Positions 42,576 to 58,791 are shown, counted from the first letter of the stretch. The stretch: DNA of 64,000 nt from Octopus vulgaris (GCA_951406725.2 OX597828.1:26226001-26290000); one strand, 5' to 3'. A program made the numbers and translations. Notes: generated by a model from the letters alone, not told the origin.

Positions 42576-43265
42576 CAGGAGTTACATATTTTTCGAGATA
42601 TTCTTAAGCTCAAGAAGGACAAACCTTTGCCATAGCGTTTGCACAATATCCTGAACTTGATGATCAATCTGCACTTCTACAGCTCAATGCTTGAAGGTGG
42701 GGAGAAGAAACCCGTGGGAGAGGGGACAGTATTTTGGTGGTGGTGGTGGTGGTGCTTGAGGACAACAGCTGGAGTGACTGAAGAATGTGAGAAGAAGAAA
42801 GAGGGGACAGAGAGAGGGAAAGGGGTGGGGGGATGCAAGGAGAAAGACAGGGTGTGATGAGAGTGATTGGCGAAGAAGATGAAATGGAAAACTGGGGAAC
42901 AACGACATTGCATGCAGGAAAGTGAAGCCGATGTGGTCTGGATAGATTATACAATAGATCCATGTGAGTAGAGTAGAGACGAGGGGCGGGGCGCGGGGGA
43001 GGAAGAGAGGAAGAGTGAGAGTGAGAGGGAGTGAGATGGAGTGAGAAAGAGTGAGAGTATGTGAGGGAGAGAGAGAGGAGAGGGACGTGTTAAGGAGGGA
43101 AAAGAGGAGATGCAGAAAGAAAAGAAGACGAAGTGAAGTAAATAGTTGAGAATAGATTGATAATCACACAAACATACCTAAGTACGCATTACACACACAC
43201 ACATACACGCATATGTATATATATATATATATATATACAAGCATATACACACATTATATACTATG

Positions 43266-43356
<91 letters not shown>

Positions 43357-43595
43357 TATATATTTGTGTGTATATATATTATATACGTGTGTGTGCATTA
43401 TGTATGTATGCGTGTGTGTATGTGAGTGTGTGTGTAATAGGTCACAGCTTGTGGGCGACAGTTAAAACTTCAAGGGGTTTCACCATTGTCGTGATGTGTC
43501 AAGCAGAGCGGGGGGGGGGGAGAGGTAGAAGCTAAAATATCTAAATATAAAAAAATGTGACATACTCATTTCATCATGCACACACACACACACAT

Positions 43596-43633
<38 letters not shown>

Positions 43634-43771
43634 ACACACACACGCACTCCATCCTTTTCTCCTCATCTCCTCAACTCAGACCTTCAATTCAATAGCGTTG
43701 CTACTGAAGTGGCACTATTTGTAATTCCTTCTCACAGAATCTTAGGGAACTGTCACATCTGCTGCAGCCTT

Positions 43772-43884
<113 letters not shown>

Positions 43885-44012
43885 CACACACGCACACACG
43901 AAACACACTCGGACACATTCATACACCAATGCTCATATACTCGTCAATTCACTCACACATACATTCACGTGTGTATATATGTGTACATGTATATGTTATT
44001 GTACAATTATAT

Positions 44013-44047
<35 letters not shown>

Positions 44048-44100
44048 ATTGAATCTAATTCGCAAACACTTCCATATTCACACTTCATACGTAAGTGCGT

Positions 44101-44144
<44 letters not shown>

Positions 44145-44400
44145 ACACACATACTCAAAGACACACAAACTTACGATGGAAGGTATTCTGTGGAATTTCT
44201 TTGAGGCATATTCTGTGGTCAAATTTTGGTGAAAACGTTAGCAAGAGACAAACTAAAAGTTAAGAATAGTCTAACAGCTGGGACTTAAACAAGAGGAAAG
44301 GAAACAAGTTGAAGACAGAAAAACCTTAAGGGTGGGAAGGAATCGTACTTCAATTGCAAACCACTATGGTGTTCCTACAAGGGAAGGACGGGGAAGTCCC

Positions 44401-44455
<55 letters not shown>

Positions 44456-45463
44456 TCTCTCCTTCCTCTCTCTCTTTTTATCTCTGTCTTTTCTTTCTTC
44501 GTAAAGATTTGAAGCGTTTAGGAGATTTATTGGTTGTTGAACCGTTTTATATTGTTAAGCAGTTCTCACAATTGATTAAATTCTCACCACCGGGTTTTCG
44601 GCTCTTTGGTAAAGAAATCAACGAAGGAAAAGTCAGTCACATTTGCCCGAACGTTAAACGGCATCAAAACTCTCTCAGCATGTACCGCCATTTCATAATT
44701 CGTTCCTCGCAAGTAAGTGTATGACTGCGCTGTCATTGCGAAGGAAAATGGATTTTAATTCGATCTATGAGTGTTGGGGTGGATTGGGTTAATTGCAGAT
44801 GGAAATGGGAAACTGACATATTGTAAATTACATAGAGAAAGCCTCCTGTTCTCCTTGTTGAGTCCTATCCACCAAAGACATCCCCCTTAGCATCGGTGAA
44901 TTCTGTCTTAATTCTATTGTGTGTACATATGCCTTGTACCAAACGCTCGTTGTTTCGAAATCGGAAATGCCGGATAGTAAATATATTAACAAAAGCCAAT
45001 AGTATTTTACCCTGGACATCACTGAAACTCTTCTGATTACACACACGAATACAGGCACGAATACACACACATAATATACGTCGCTTAGGCATTTAGAAAT
45101 GTCAACTGAAAAATTGGCCTCACAACCACCAATGCCAAAACCGTGGCCATCCTCAGTGAGAATCCCTTACATGCAACCGAACAACAGAGAAAAAACATTT
45201 GAAAACTGATAAATAATACGAATAGCAAATTTACAATCACCTCTAATTGTTCCTTAAACACTAAGATCATGAATTTTAGAGATCAGAAAATGAAAACCAA
45301 GTTCAATGGGTGAGAGATATGGGGGAGTAGAGGTGGGGGGGAAATACTTTCTCATTTATTTCAATATACATACGTGTGTGTGTGTGTGCATATAATATAT
45401 ATACATACACACACACACACATGTATATGTATGTATGTACATGTGTGTGTATATATGTATATG

Positions 45464-45515
<52 letters not shown>

Positions 45516-45537
45516 TACATATATTTATGTGTGTGTA

Positions 45538-45580
<43 letters not shown>

Positions 45581-45692
45581 GTACACATACATATATATAA
45601 ACATTAGCATACTTCTATAAATATGTATATAGAATACGGATATGTACATATAAACAAATATTTATGTATATATATGTGCATATATGTGTATG

Positions 45693-45742
<50 letters not shown>

Positions 45743-45808
45743 CACATATACATATATATATATATGCATGCATACATATTAATATATATGCATATAAACT
45801 CATTCGTG

Positions 45809-45849
<41 letters not shown>

Positions 45850-47000
45850 GTGTGTGTATGTGTGTGTGTGTGTGCGTGTGTGAATGTCTGTACTGTTAAT
45901 ACTACATAGTTACTGTGCATATGTTTCTTTGAGATGAATTGATGGTCCTGTACAAGTTATTACAAGTAGGAAGTAAAAAAAAAAAGGAAAAAAGCCCAAA
46001 ATAACAACATGCAATATGAATTGTTAAATATGAGATTTTGCCACTAAGAAGTTGGTTTTCATTTTCCCTGTTGGAGGACACAGCAACTAGCTATCGATTT
46101 AGCATTTAATGATTTATTGTAAGATTGTGTGTGTGTGGGCGTGTGCATGTGTGATGTCGATATGTGTTAGAATGTTGAAAATGTATTTATTTAGTGAACT
46201 AATTATAATTAACTAAAATCAAGTAACTTATTAAACCTAGAAAGGTGATACCTAAATAATTAAATCTGTTACTATGATCTATGGGAAAACTTAAAGAGTA
46301 ATTATGCATGTATACCTGTGAATACATATGTAATATGTATGCATTTTTATGTATTTACATTTGTACATAAGTATACAGACACACACATATATATACATAC
46401 ATATACATAGATATATAGATTTTTATGCGTGTGTTACTGTATATCTATATATATATACATATATATATGCATATATATATAATATACATATGTGTGTGTG
46501 TATATATGTATGTATGTATATATATTTATATATGTGTGTGTGTGTGTGTTTTTTCAGTATTACAATTACATATATTGCCTATATGTTTAACGGAATGTCA
46601 TTTCGGCAGGAAATTCTGTAGGCTGTATCGAGTTGATTTATTTGTTGGTCTGAGAATAAGGTTATGGTATAGGAAAATAAGGAGCGCGGTAACAGAAGAA
46701 CATTATTTGGTCGGAATGGAACATCAAGCAGATTTCTTTAGAAACAATCAAAGCGTGTAAAGTTTGGACTGACTTCTCGAAAGCACACTTTCCTACCTTT
46801 GCCAAAAACATCCAACGGTAATCTTTTGATGTCAGCAATAAATCATCAAAGCTCGCTGAATTCAATCTCACTCAGACCTGAGAGTCGGAAATTAGTGAAT
46901 AAATACTCTGTGATTAGTAAAATAGACTTTTTTTTTTCAATTATTTTTTTTTTGTTATTTTTTTTAGATATACTCACTATATATATATATATATACATAT

Positions 47001-47085
<85 letters not shown>

Positions 47086-47578
47086 TATATATATATGTGT
47101 GTGTTTGTGTATATATATATATATATATATATATAAATATATATGTAGTAGTTGAAGTGAGCATATGGAACCAACAAACCACATGTATATATATATTTAT
47201 ATATATATATATATATATACACATAGATTTTTTTTTTTTTTGGTGTGTGTTAATTACTTGTCCCATTTACTTATAAATAAAGGATTCAATCTGCTTCCAG
47301 GAAGACCACAAGAATAACTTGGGTAAGTGAACAAAGAATGAAAGTTTTTAAAAAAATATATATAGAAATATTGAAAGAATTCCCAGATATGTATTGAGAG
47401 AAATGGGAGTTAAAATAAAATTTAAAAAATATATAAGTATATAAAATTGAAACAAAAAACATGGTAAGCTGAAGAATGACAAATGGTTACAGTCAATCAG
47501 ATCTCACAGAAACCTTTACTCTAGAAGTGTATGTAATATATATATATGAATTATCTATGCATATGAATTATATATATG

Positions 47579-47616
<38 letters not shown>

Positions 47617-47829
47617 TATGTACTTATATATATATTTATATATGTATATATATATATGTGTGTGTGTGTGTGTATATTTATATATGTATATGTATATATA
47701 TATACATATATATTTATATATGTATATGTGTGTATATATATATACATACGAATATATATTTATATAAATATATATATGTACATATGTGTTTATATATATA
47801 TTTATATATGTATATGTATATATATATAA

Positions 47830-47862
<33 letters not shown>

Positions 47863-49208
47863 TATATATATATGTTTATATATATATATACATATATATA
47901 TATATGTAGATAGATAGATAGATATAGATAGATAGATAGATAAATATATAGATATATATGGTATGCTCTTGAATTCTAAAGTTGCATCTGCTTTATCTGC
48001 TGCATTCCAAGATTGTAATACTCTAAACAATAAAGATGAGATGATGGTGATGATGATGGTCATTATGATGATATTGATGATGATAATCTTTTGAATGATA
48101 AAAATTCTTTTCAAAGTATTTTACAAATACTCACAGACTCACGCACTCACATACACAATGAAAATTTCCATAATCGTAGTAAAAATCTAGACCATGAATC
48201 TCTTTGGTGTTTTCACTACTCCATTGGACAATCAAAACTCTAAGGAAATGGAATGGTCACTGTAGAGAAATTTTAGCCGAATATTAATTTTGTTGCTCAT
48301 GTTTTCTTTTTTCGTCTCATTTGTCTTGTTCCATTTTTATCCCTCACAAGAAAACTAAATGCTAACAATTACTTGGAATATACAGCAAACAAGCAAATAT
48401 TTGTACTCTGTCGAAAAGTTCTCTTAAAGAAATCAATCGCAGGACTGTGCAAAAAAAAAAAAAAAAAGAAAAAAAGAAACTTTAAGGCAGTGGTTTTTCA
48501 AAGAATAGGACTTTTTGTATTGGATTTCGGTAGGGAGCAGCGAAGGATATGTTAGAATTGGAGACTTCTGAAAAAGTGTAACCATTGGAAATAGCAGACC
48601 ACAGCAAAAGAAAAGGAAAAAAAAGTGGAGCAATGAGAGAAATAATATATATGCGACGAAATGATCTGGAAATGCTAATCAGAGACCATGCATTTCAAAT
48701 GAAAGTGCTAAAAGAGACAAAAAAAACTGATAATGCTGCAGAAAAAAAATCTACTGTCTGGAAATTTAAGCAGCAGATGGGAAAACTGAACTTAAATGAT
48801 GAGCCTTTTTCTCTTTTTTTCTTTTTCATTAATTTTCTTCTCTATTATTATGAGGCATGAAGAATTGGTCATGAAGAAATGAAGTGAATCGAAACGTTAA
48901 ATAAAATGATAAAAAGGAACTAGAGTAAGATTTAAAATAAAAACAACAAAAAACAAAACAATTTTAAGTGAAAACAAAAGAGATAACAAAAGAATAAGAA
49001 ACAACAAAACAGGTTTTGAATAAATAGTTCTAAGAGACTAAAGAATTCTAGACCCAACTAACTGTAATCAGCACTGAACCATGTCAGGAAAAAGAATCAC
49101 TCACTATGAAAACTCAATTTGCATACCATATATACATAAATTGTTCAAAACAAACCACATAGACAACAAAACAAATAAAAGAATTTAGAGAGAGTAATAA
49201 AGAAACAA

Positions 49209-49241
<33 letters not shown>

Positions 49242-49395
49242 CATAATAATAATAATAATAATAATGTTAAACACGATGCAAATCTTCATAAGATGAAGTA
49301 TAATTTCGACAAATATATACACACACACATGCACACACACATATACATTTATGAATATAAATATATATATATATATATATACGTAAGTATGTATA

Positions 49396-49430
<35 letters not shown>

Positions 49431-49456
49431 TTATGTGTGTATATATGTAGATATAA

Positions 49457-49496
<40 letters not shown>

Positions 49497-49676
49497 TTAT
49501 ACATTTATATGTATATTTACACATACAAATATATGTACATACATATATTTATATATACATTTATATATATACATACATATATATATATAAATACATATAT
49601 ATATATATATATACGTATATATATATATATATGTATGTATGTATATATATCTATACATGCAAATATATGTACATAC

Positions 49677-49708
<32 letters not shown>

Positions 49709-49786
49709 CCACTTATACACATAGCTTCATACATATGTATATAAATATGTGTGTGTGTACATATATATATAAATATATACATATAT

Positions 49787-49821
<35 letters not shown>

Positions 49822-49928
49822 AATATATATATATATAAATATATATATATATACAAATATATATATATATGTCATATATTTACATACATAAATATACATA
49901 TACATATATATAAATACATGTATATACA

Positions 49929-49962
<34 letters not shown>

Positions 49963-50143
49963 AATGTATATATATATATAATTTGTAATATTCAGCACAT
50001 CTCGAAGTGATGAATATTACAAATCAGCATTATTGTAGCAGAAACACTAGAATCAGTAGATCTTGAAGGATATGAAGATCAATAGACGAGAGACGACAGC
50101 TAAAACCATGGAGAAAGGAGTGGGAATCTCTGTTTCTCACACT

Positions 50144-50189
<46 letters not shown>

Positions 50190-50231
50190 ACATACATACA
50201 GACATATATATATGTATACACATATATAAAA

Positions 50232-50269
<38 letters not shown>

Positions 50270-50445
50270 CTGCATATGTGCATGGATGTATATACACAAA
50301 TATATATACACACACACATTTATATGTACATACATAGTATATATATACACACACACACACACACATTACACGAACTTAAAAATGTATATGTTCATGTGTA
50401 TGTGAATATGAGCTAGAGAGAGAAACAGAATGGAAGAGACATGAA

Positions 50446-50494
<49 letters not shown>

Positions 50495-50520
50495 AAGAGA
50501 GATTAATAATGAACAGAAAT

Positions 50521-50552
<32 letters not shown>

Positions 50553-50820
50553 GGGACGAAGTGAGCCAGTGAAATAAGTAATAAACTCGGGAGAACAATG
50601 AAATAATTTCAGTTGAAAAGAGGAGGAAAGTACATAGAAAATATGATGAAAATAGGTCATCAGGTAATTTGTAATTTGCCAGTGAAGTTGGTGAGATAGG
50701 GGAAGATGTTAAATTCAGTCTAATTATTTCTGGAGGTGGAAATGGCTTCAACCACTTGCTACTAACCTTCGTTAATAAGGAGGGAGGACACGACTTGGTA
50801 TAAATGTGCATGCATGCATG

Positions 50821-50861
<41 letters not shown>

Positions 50862-51152
50862 GTATGTGTGTGTACATGTGTGCACGCACAAGTGGTCTGT
50901 TTGGATATCATCGTGATGATAAATCCAGATTTAAGGAAGAACAGTTGTATGAGTATCAATGTATATATATATATATATATATTTATATATGTGTGTGTGC
51001 TTGTGAGTATGAGCATGTATGGATGTGTGTGTGTGTGTGTGTGTGTGTATGCATTGCATGATTATATAATAATAAAGCTATTTATTAAGTGTAATTAATA
51101 TGTAGCTATGGGCATGTCCAGCTGATCTGATCTTTATGTGTTTGTGTGTGTG

Positions 51153-51231
<79 letters not shown>

Positions 51232-51234
<3 letters not shown>

Positions 51235-51595
51235 CACAGGAGTGGCTGTGTGGTAAGTAGCTTGCTAACCAACCACATGGTTCCGGGTTCAGTCTCACTG
51301 CGTGGCATCTTGGGCAAGTGTCTTCTGCTATAGCCCCGGGCCAACCAATGCCTTGTGAGTGGATTTGGTAGATGGAAACTGAAAGAAGCCTGTCATATAT
51401 ATGTATATATAAATATATATATACAGGCATGGCAGTGTGAGCTTGCTTACCAACCACGTGGTTCGGGGTTCAGTCCCACTGTGTGGCACCTTGGGCAAAT
51501 GTCTTCTACTATAGCCTCAGGCTGACCAAAAGCCTTGTGAGTGGATTTGGTAGATAGAAACTGAAAGAAGCCCATCATATATACATAAATATATT

Positions 51596-51626
<31 letters not shown>

Positions 51627-51775
51627 GTATGTGTGTGTGTTTGTGTATATGTTTGTGTGTCTGTGTTTGTCCCACCAACCGATATTGGTGTGTTAGACTT
51701 ACAAAGATTAAGTTGTTTGACTAAAGGCAGTGCTCCAGCATGGCCGTAATCAAATGACTGAAATGAATAAAAGAA
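51232..51775 (+). mobile_element. Two tandem copies of SINE family B (51232-51395 and 51424-51775)
   Basis: Head TGGCTGTGTGGTAAGTAGCTTGC..GGTTCAGTC; body CTTGGGCAAGTGTCTTCT..GCCTTGTGAGTGGATTTGGTAGATGGAAACTGAAAGAAGCC occurs twice. The second copy continues through (TA)/(TG) to the tail GTGCTCCAGCATGGCCG..AATGACTGAAA. Confidence 0.88.
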
Positions 51776-52211
51776 CATAGTTGTGTGTGTGTGTGTGTGT
51801 GTGTGTGCGTGCATGCATGTTTGTGAATGAGTCTATTCTGAACTTATATAAAGGTCACTTTGTGTGTGTGTATTTATGTGTTTGTATGTCTACAGATGTG
51901 TGTCTAAAATATAAATTGTGTGGCGGTCGTTGACCCATGAATGAAACACTCACCAGGTTTACTGCAAGGTTGCAACACAATTAATATCTGATAGCTTAGA
52001 CAATAATTATTGGATTGAAGTGTAAGAGCTTTGATCTGAAGCAGACGAAGAGAGGCAGACATCAGTCCTAGATGTCAAAGTAAACTCTAACAAACCTGAT
52101 AACATCACTACAAAACCTTTGGAACACTTAGTAAACTGTCAAAGAGTAAGGTCAAAGAGTCTAGCAAAAATGTTGATTCATCTGACATCATTATTGTCTA
52201 TGTATCTAGTC

Positions 52212-52363
<152 letters not shown>

Positions 52364-52368
52364 TCTCA

Positions 52369-52520
52369 GAGTGGTTGGCGTTAGGAAGGGCATCCAGCTG
52401 TAGAAACTCGGCCAGATCAGATTGCAGCCTGGTGCAGCCATCTGGTTCACCAGTCCTCAGTCAAACCGTCCAACCCATGCCAGCATGGAAAGCGGACGTT
52501 AAATGATGATGATGATGATG
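52369..52520 (+). mobile_element. Retroposon 3' end, family C
   Basis: Homologous to 57004-57165; a diverged antisense copy lies at ~58455-58560. Confidence 0.78.
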
Positions 52521-53360
52521 ATATATATATATATATATATATGTAGGTGATGTATGTATAGAAATAATATTATCTATGTATATAGTTGAGTATTCATGAA
52601 AGAATGCGGCGAACAGGTTTGGGTGTTGCATTCATGATTACAAGGTTGTGGTTTCAATTCCTAGACTGGGTGGTGCATTGTGTTCTTGAGGAAAACACTT
52701 TATTTTCATATAGCTCTGTGATCACTTGCCCATTTGACACATGGCACACCCTATACCTATACAAGCAATATCGATTTGATGACCAGAGTGAGGTTAATGT
52801 ACAGCACAATTTTTCTGATCCTTAAAAACCAATCATCATTGCAGGTTATTCAATAGGAAACTACGGAACCCTCACCTGTTGACAGGAATGGCCACCACTT
52901 ATGTAATGCAGATATAACAACTTTCAGAAGAAAATCATCGTTTGACCACTCTCTTGAGACTTGCCTAAGATATTTTGTCTCTGGTTTACTCCAATGGTAT
53001 GATGAGAATCTATGTGGTGCTCTGCCAGCCATATTGGTTTGAAAACTCTTTATGGGGATTACTGGCTTTCCTAAAATTTGTGGTGGTCATCAGTGGACAA
53101 CAATACAGTAGTACTTAGTTACATACAAACATATATATATAATCAGGTATGTATATATATTCATGTCTGTCCGTAACTAAGTACAAAGGTATTGTTGTTG
53201 TTGCTAGATCCACAGGTTAACCTTGACTTGTGCAGATTTATGATTAGAATTATTCTAGCCATGGCCATCCCATAATGTTCATGGGTTCATCTGTGTATAT
53301 CTAAGTGAATATGTGTATATATAAGTGTGTGTGTGTATAATACATATATGTGTATGTATG

Positions 53361-53391
<31 letters not shown>

Positions 53392-53426
53392 GTATGCCTG
53401 TCTGTATCTATCTATCTATCTATCTA

Positions 53427-53472
<46 letters not shown>

Positions 53473-54047
53473 CACACAACAGAGACAGAGATAGACTATA
53501 TTATGCAGTTTGTCCGCCCATCTTTAAAACAATTATTTGAAATGTGAAGAATTGGCTTATTCCTAGTAGCCGAAGTGATTGTCTAAAGCTTTCTCGTTGT
53601 TTCCATATGTAGGTGTGTAATATGTGTGTGTGTGATATGTGGATGTGCAATGCATGCAAGCACCAAGCTTATAGAGCACAAGTTCAATAGTCACTCGAGC
53701 CATTTTCGCTTGCCCTCACTCCTCCATAGACCATGTGGTACACACTCCTCCTCAACGCATTACGGTGGTGGGGGTTTGAAAGGAGAGGAAGGGTAGCTAT
53801 CTTCTGTGGTCTCACCCAATGATTGAGATGAACAGGACATATTTGGTCAACATGTATACATGTGAACTCTAACTGTTGAAACGACTCTGGCTAATTAAAA
53901 CAAGGAGTTTGACTAGCTTCAGGACAACTCTGTACAATACTTTCCTTTTTAGCCCAAGGACTTACTAGGCCGTTTACCCATTTTCCATGGCATGTGAGTG
54001 AGCAAGATCACAGCATCCCTCTATAGTTGGAAGCCAGTCTGTTGCAG

Positions 54048-54245
54048 GGTACAAGGCCAGCTGTTTTGAGGGGAGGGGCCAGTTGATTACACTGAGAGCT
54101 CAGTACTTGTCTGGTACTTTATTTTATCAACTCCTGAAGGGATGAAAGCAAGGCTGACCTCAGCAGAATTTGAACTCAGAACATCAAAACACAGAAGAAC
54201 TGCCACTAAGCATTTTGTCAAACATGATAATGATGCTGCCAGTCA
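54048..54245 (-). mobile_element. SINE family A, diverged copy
   Basis: ctggtactttattttatcaactcctgaagggatgaaagcaaggctgacctcagcagaatttgaactcagaac...ctgccag. Confidence 0.72.
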
Positions 54246-55074
54246 CATGATGGCCACTTCAGACATTTGACATTTCTCTCCTTCAAATGACTATTTCATC
54301 TGGTCCCCAATTTTTTTTTTTAAATGCACTTAACCTAGAAATGTAAATTACAGTTAAATGAAGAACTTGTGACTGGGATTAATAGATGTTATAGCACCTG
54401 TTAATGTGACTGGCACAGGTGGGTTCAGCCACCCAGTCTTTGATGATGTTGCTATTGTCACATTTAAAGAAAAACCATCAGTAAATAAACAGATGCTGCA
54501 TTTAGCAATCAAAGACATTTAGGTTATGTGAATGGTGGAATGGAATTTAATTAACTTAATTAGTTATTGTAGTAAATAAATAGATTCTCCAAGCTGAATC
54601 AATTAGAAGAAGACCTAGGGATAAACCAGGAGTGAGATGGTTGGATAAGACTTATAATCTTAGTTGGTGATGGAAACCAAGGACCCTATGAAGGGAGCGT
54701 CTAACAACTCTCCCCCATGACCCACCTAAGAATAGTGGGTGGAATAAATGGATAGATGGAAATAAACAACTAACTTATAAATAAGTATTTAGAAACCATT
54801 TATTTAAATATTAGCTGGAAGTTTTTTTTTTTAAATCCAGATCCTTACTTAACCAAAGAATGTGTAGGTAAATATAAATTTTGGGGCTAAAATTTCAAAA
54901 TGCCCTTTTTTTTCTCCTTTTTCTTTTTCTTCGTGTAAACATCTTCATATACAAGAGAAAGACTATAGAATCTACCAAAGCAAAAAGCAACACTGAGATC
55001 AAATAAGGGTTAATATATCCTTTAGAAAAACGACTGTGAAGTTAATGAAGCCGAAAATATTAAAATTGCTCTTG

Positions 55075-55345
55075 CTAAATGGGGAAGTGAGTGGAATAAT
55101 TGTAACAGATGATGAATGTCGAAGAACTTTCCAAATGATGAAGTTCCAATTGAGAATCAAGATAAGCTAGCCAGAGGGAATTACAGTCAAAGCACTAATG
55201 CTGACACAGATTATCCGCAACTCTAAAAACATGTTCTGTTGAAACAAAATGGTGGAGCAACTTTGGAGATGTGGAGTTGAAACGAAATGCTGGACAGATG
55301 TTGGCAATCTTACCACTGAAACAGAATGGCGATTATTTGTGTGAG
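55075..55345 (+). mobile_element. Possible highly decayed mariner C-terminal remnant
   Basis: Unique, purine-rich stretch ending in ...LKQNGDYL, reminiscent of the mariner terminal (N)GxY motif; no TIR found. Confidence 0.25.
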
Positions 55346-56029
55346 CCACCACTAAACAGAATAAAAAAAAAGGAAATATACAAAACAAAAAAAAAACTTC
55401 CATTGGAGAATGATGGCGGACACATTGCAACTGATTTCATAAATGAAAGAAATATTTTAAAAATTTAAAAAATTTAAAAAATGCAAAAGTAAGAATGAAA
55501 AATAATGGATAAAGAAGGTCGGGATTTATTGAAAAGTTCACATGACTTGCAACCACTGGTTACTTCACAACAAAGATATTTCACCACATTGTTGCACTAA
55601 ACTATATTCACCAACACAAGAAGCACACAGAAGAATAAAATAATGTAACAATAATCATTATGCCATTTCGTTTACCTTGTTTTATATACGTTTCAATATT
55701 GATTTGTAGTTTAGAAATAATAGGGAGATAATCCATTAACCGATTAAGTTGATCCAATTTGCACTTCACTGATATTTTTTTTTTTCCATATTTATTTTTT
55801 TCCATTTTTTTTTGTTTGTTTTATACAAGAATTCATGTGGAAAGTGTTTAAGTCATTTCGTTAAGATATTGAACGCAGAAAAAAGGCAAGACACTGCATG
55901 AAAAAAATGTTGTTAGAAATCTTGTCCCGCCCTTTATCTTTATATAAGTACATCTCCACTACTATGAATGGGTTACAACAGATTAAATTCATCCTAGAAT
56001 AATATATATGCATAAGCATGCATGTATAG

Positions 56030-56060
<31 letters not shown>

Positions 56061-56064
<4 letters not shown>

Positions 56065-56289
56065 CTTTATTACCCACAAGGGGCTAAACACAGAGGGGAC
56101 AAACTAGGACAGACATAGGTATTAAGTCGATTACATCGACTCCAGTGCGTAACTGGTACTTAATTTATCGACCCCGAAAGGATGAAAGGCAAAGTCAACC
56201 TCGGTGGAATTTGAACTCACAACGTAACGACGGACGAAATATGGCTACACATTTTGCCCGGCGGGCTAACGTTTCTGCCAGCTCGCCGG

Positions 56290-56292
<3 letters not shown>
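56061..56292 (-). mobile_element. SINE family A, near full-length, inside (TA)n
   Basis: Head GGCGAGCTGGCAGAAACGTTAGC..GAGTTCAAATTCC; body CCGAGGTTGACTTTGCCTTTCATCCTTTCGGGGTCGATAAATTAAGTACCAG repeated at several loci in this window. Confidence 0.88.
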
Positions 56293-56363
<71 letters not shown>

Positions 56364-56364
56364 C

Positions 56365-56397
<33 letters not shown>

Positions 56398-56714
56398 ATT
56401 ATTATGATTATCATTATTATTATTGTTGTTGCTGTTGTTGTTGTTTTTTCACTTCTCACACTTTTCAGTCCTACTTGCTCAGGTTGATTCTGTGAGAGCA
56501 GAGAGCAACCTGTTGCCAGAGGTTTCACAGCGTCTCTTCCCACAAATTATAAGCATTGGTACTTGGATGTTTAATTATCATAGGAGACATTTTTCACACA
56601 AGCAACAGTCTCAAAATCCTAGCTCTCCTCAAACAGATCAGTTCTTTGGGCCTACTCTGCCCTGATGTCAATTCCAATTTCTCTGACATATTTCTCCAAC
56701 CTGGTTGTTAGTGC

Positions 56715-56749
<35 letters not shown>

Positions 56750-56948
56750 TTGCTTAGACATAGCAATACTAATAACTTGTATCGCACCAAAGCTTCATTG
56801 GATCTTCAAAAAAGCCCTTCATTTCTAAAATTATAACGAACCTTTAGCATTATACACAAGAATTCAACAATGACTGCATTGCATCTTATAGCAGAAACAG
56901 CCGTAGATAATGAACTTCACTGAATAACTTCTTATTCCCTTTAATTTA

Positions 56949-56989
<41 letters not shown>

Positions 56990-57003
56990 TTGGCATTAGG
57001 AAG

Positions 57004-57165
57004 GGAGTGGTTGGCGTTAGGAAGGGCATCCAGCTGTAGAAACATTGCCAAATTTAGACTGGAGCCTGGTGCAGCCTTCTGGCTTCCCAGAACCCCGGTC
57101 GAACCGTCCAACCCATGCTAGCATGGAGAACGGACGTTAAACGACGATGATGATGATGATGATGT
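57004..57165 (+). mobile_element. Retroposon 3' end, family C, ending in (GAT)n; possibly an RTE-type tail
   Basis: gagtggttggcgttaggaagggcatccagctgtagaaac...ccgtccaacccatgctagcatgga..cggacgttaaacgacgatgatgat, near-identical to 52369-52520. Confidence 0.78.
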
Positions 57166-57185
57166 ATATATACATATATACACAT

Positions 57186-57308
<123 letters not shown>

Positions 57309-57526
57309 ATGTTTTGCAAACAACTTGCACATGCAAGTGCTACCAGTCAAGAACTCCGCATACCGGAAACCAGCAAGTGTATGGGGTCATTAGGAGAGAA
57401 TGCGCACCGTTCCGGGTCCTACATACACACACACACACATATATATATACATATATATATATACATATATATATACATATATATACAGGTATGTATGTAT
57501 GTATGTATGTATGTATCTATCTATCT

Positions 57527-57585
<59 letters not shown>

Positions 57586-57661
57586 GAAATGGAGAGAAGT
57601 GAATTAGATAGACAGATAGACAAATATACAAATCCAGATGGTCATGCATTTGCACATACAT

Positions 57662-57706
<45 letters not shown>

Positions 57707-58755
57707 CACACACGCACACACATAGCAGTATGCTTAAGAGACATCCACTCTCCTCGTTGGAATATGGACTTAATCAAGCCTTTTATATGGAAAGTGGTTT
57801 TCATTAAGATACAGTTGAAAACCTTCACTAACTGTTATGAAATCAATTAACAGCAATGAATAACACGATGATGAGGGGACGTTAACGAGATGGAGGGGGA
57901 GATAGAGAAGCAGAGCGAAAGGAGGAAGAAAAGCAGAAAGAGGTGGAACAAGATCATGATAATGATGATGATGATGATGATGATGATGTTGAAGTCGATG
58001 ATAGTGGTGTTGGTGGGGGCAGTGGTAGCAGTGGTGGTGGTGGTGATAATGATGGCGATAATTCTGCCTTTGTTGCTGCTGCTGCTGCTGTTGATGACTG
58101 CAGTTTTGAGTGCATCTGTATGCATGCTCGCATCAGGGGCTGCATGTGTGTTTGCATGTTTCTATGTACGGAAGACAATAGGTGGAGCAAATTTTTGATA
58201 CGAAATTGAAGCAATCCACCACTGCTTTGGTCCCATGTTTTGTGGAAGGAAAATTAAGGTAAAATGGCCGGTCAATAACAACATCAGAGACTGAAATAAG
58301 ACGGACTAACATTTTAGTGATACATCAATTGATCAATCAATCAATCAATTATCTATCAATCAATCATGCTGATATGGAGAAACTGAGTTAGAAATTAATT
58401 ATTTCAGTACAAAGAATCTGGAAACAGCGGCAATATTTTATGTAACGATTCCTCCTCGTCATCATTTTAACGACCATCCCCTCCCCATGCCTTCATGAGT
58501 TAGATGGAGCATAATGAGCTAAATTTCCTATGGCCAGATGCCCTTCCTGTCACCAACCTTTACCTGTTTTCAAGCAAGGTAATATTCATTCATGGCTTAT
58601 CCTATTTTTGCAGAATATTGAAAATGAATGACACCACTTGTATAACAGTGGCACTCATTTACAACTATCATGAAATATCAAGACAAGGAGACACAAACAT
58701 ACACACCTTACACCTTCATACATACACACACGCACACACACACAAATGCACACGC

Positions 58756-58787
<32 letters not shown>

Positions 58788-58791
58788 TGAG

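Noticed and set aside
53055-53097. Minus-strand CTGATGA...GAAA spacing resembling a hammerhead
   Set aside because: No credible stem II, III or I pairing.
57890-58214. Overlapping low-complexity ORFs (D/G/A-rich) resembling a transcription-factor exon
   Set aside because: Built from (GAT)n, (GGT)n and (GCT)n triplets; no ONECUT similarity or clear splice context.
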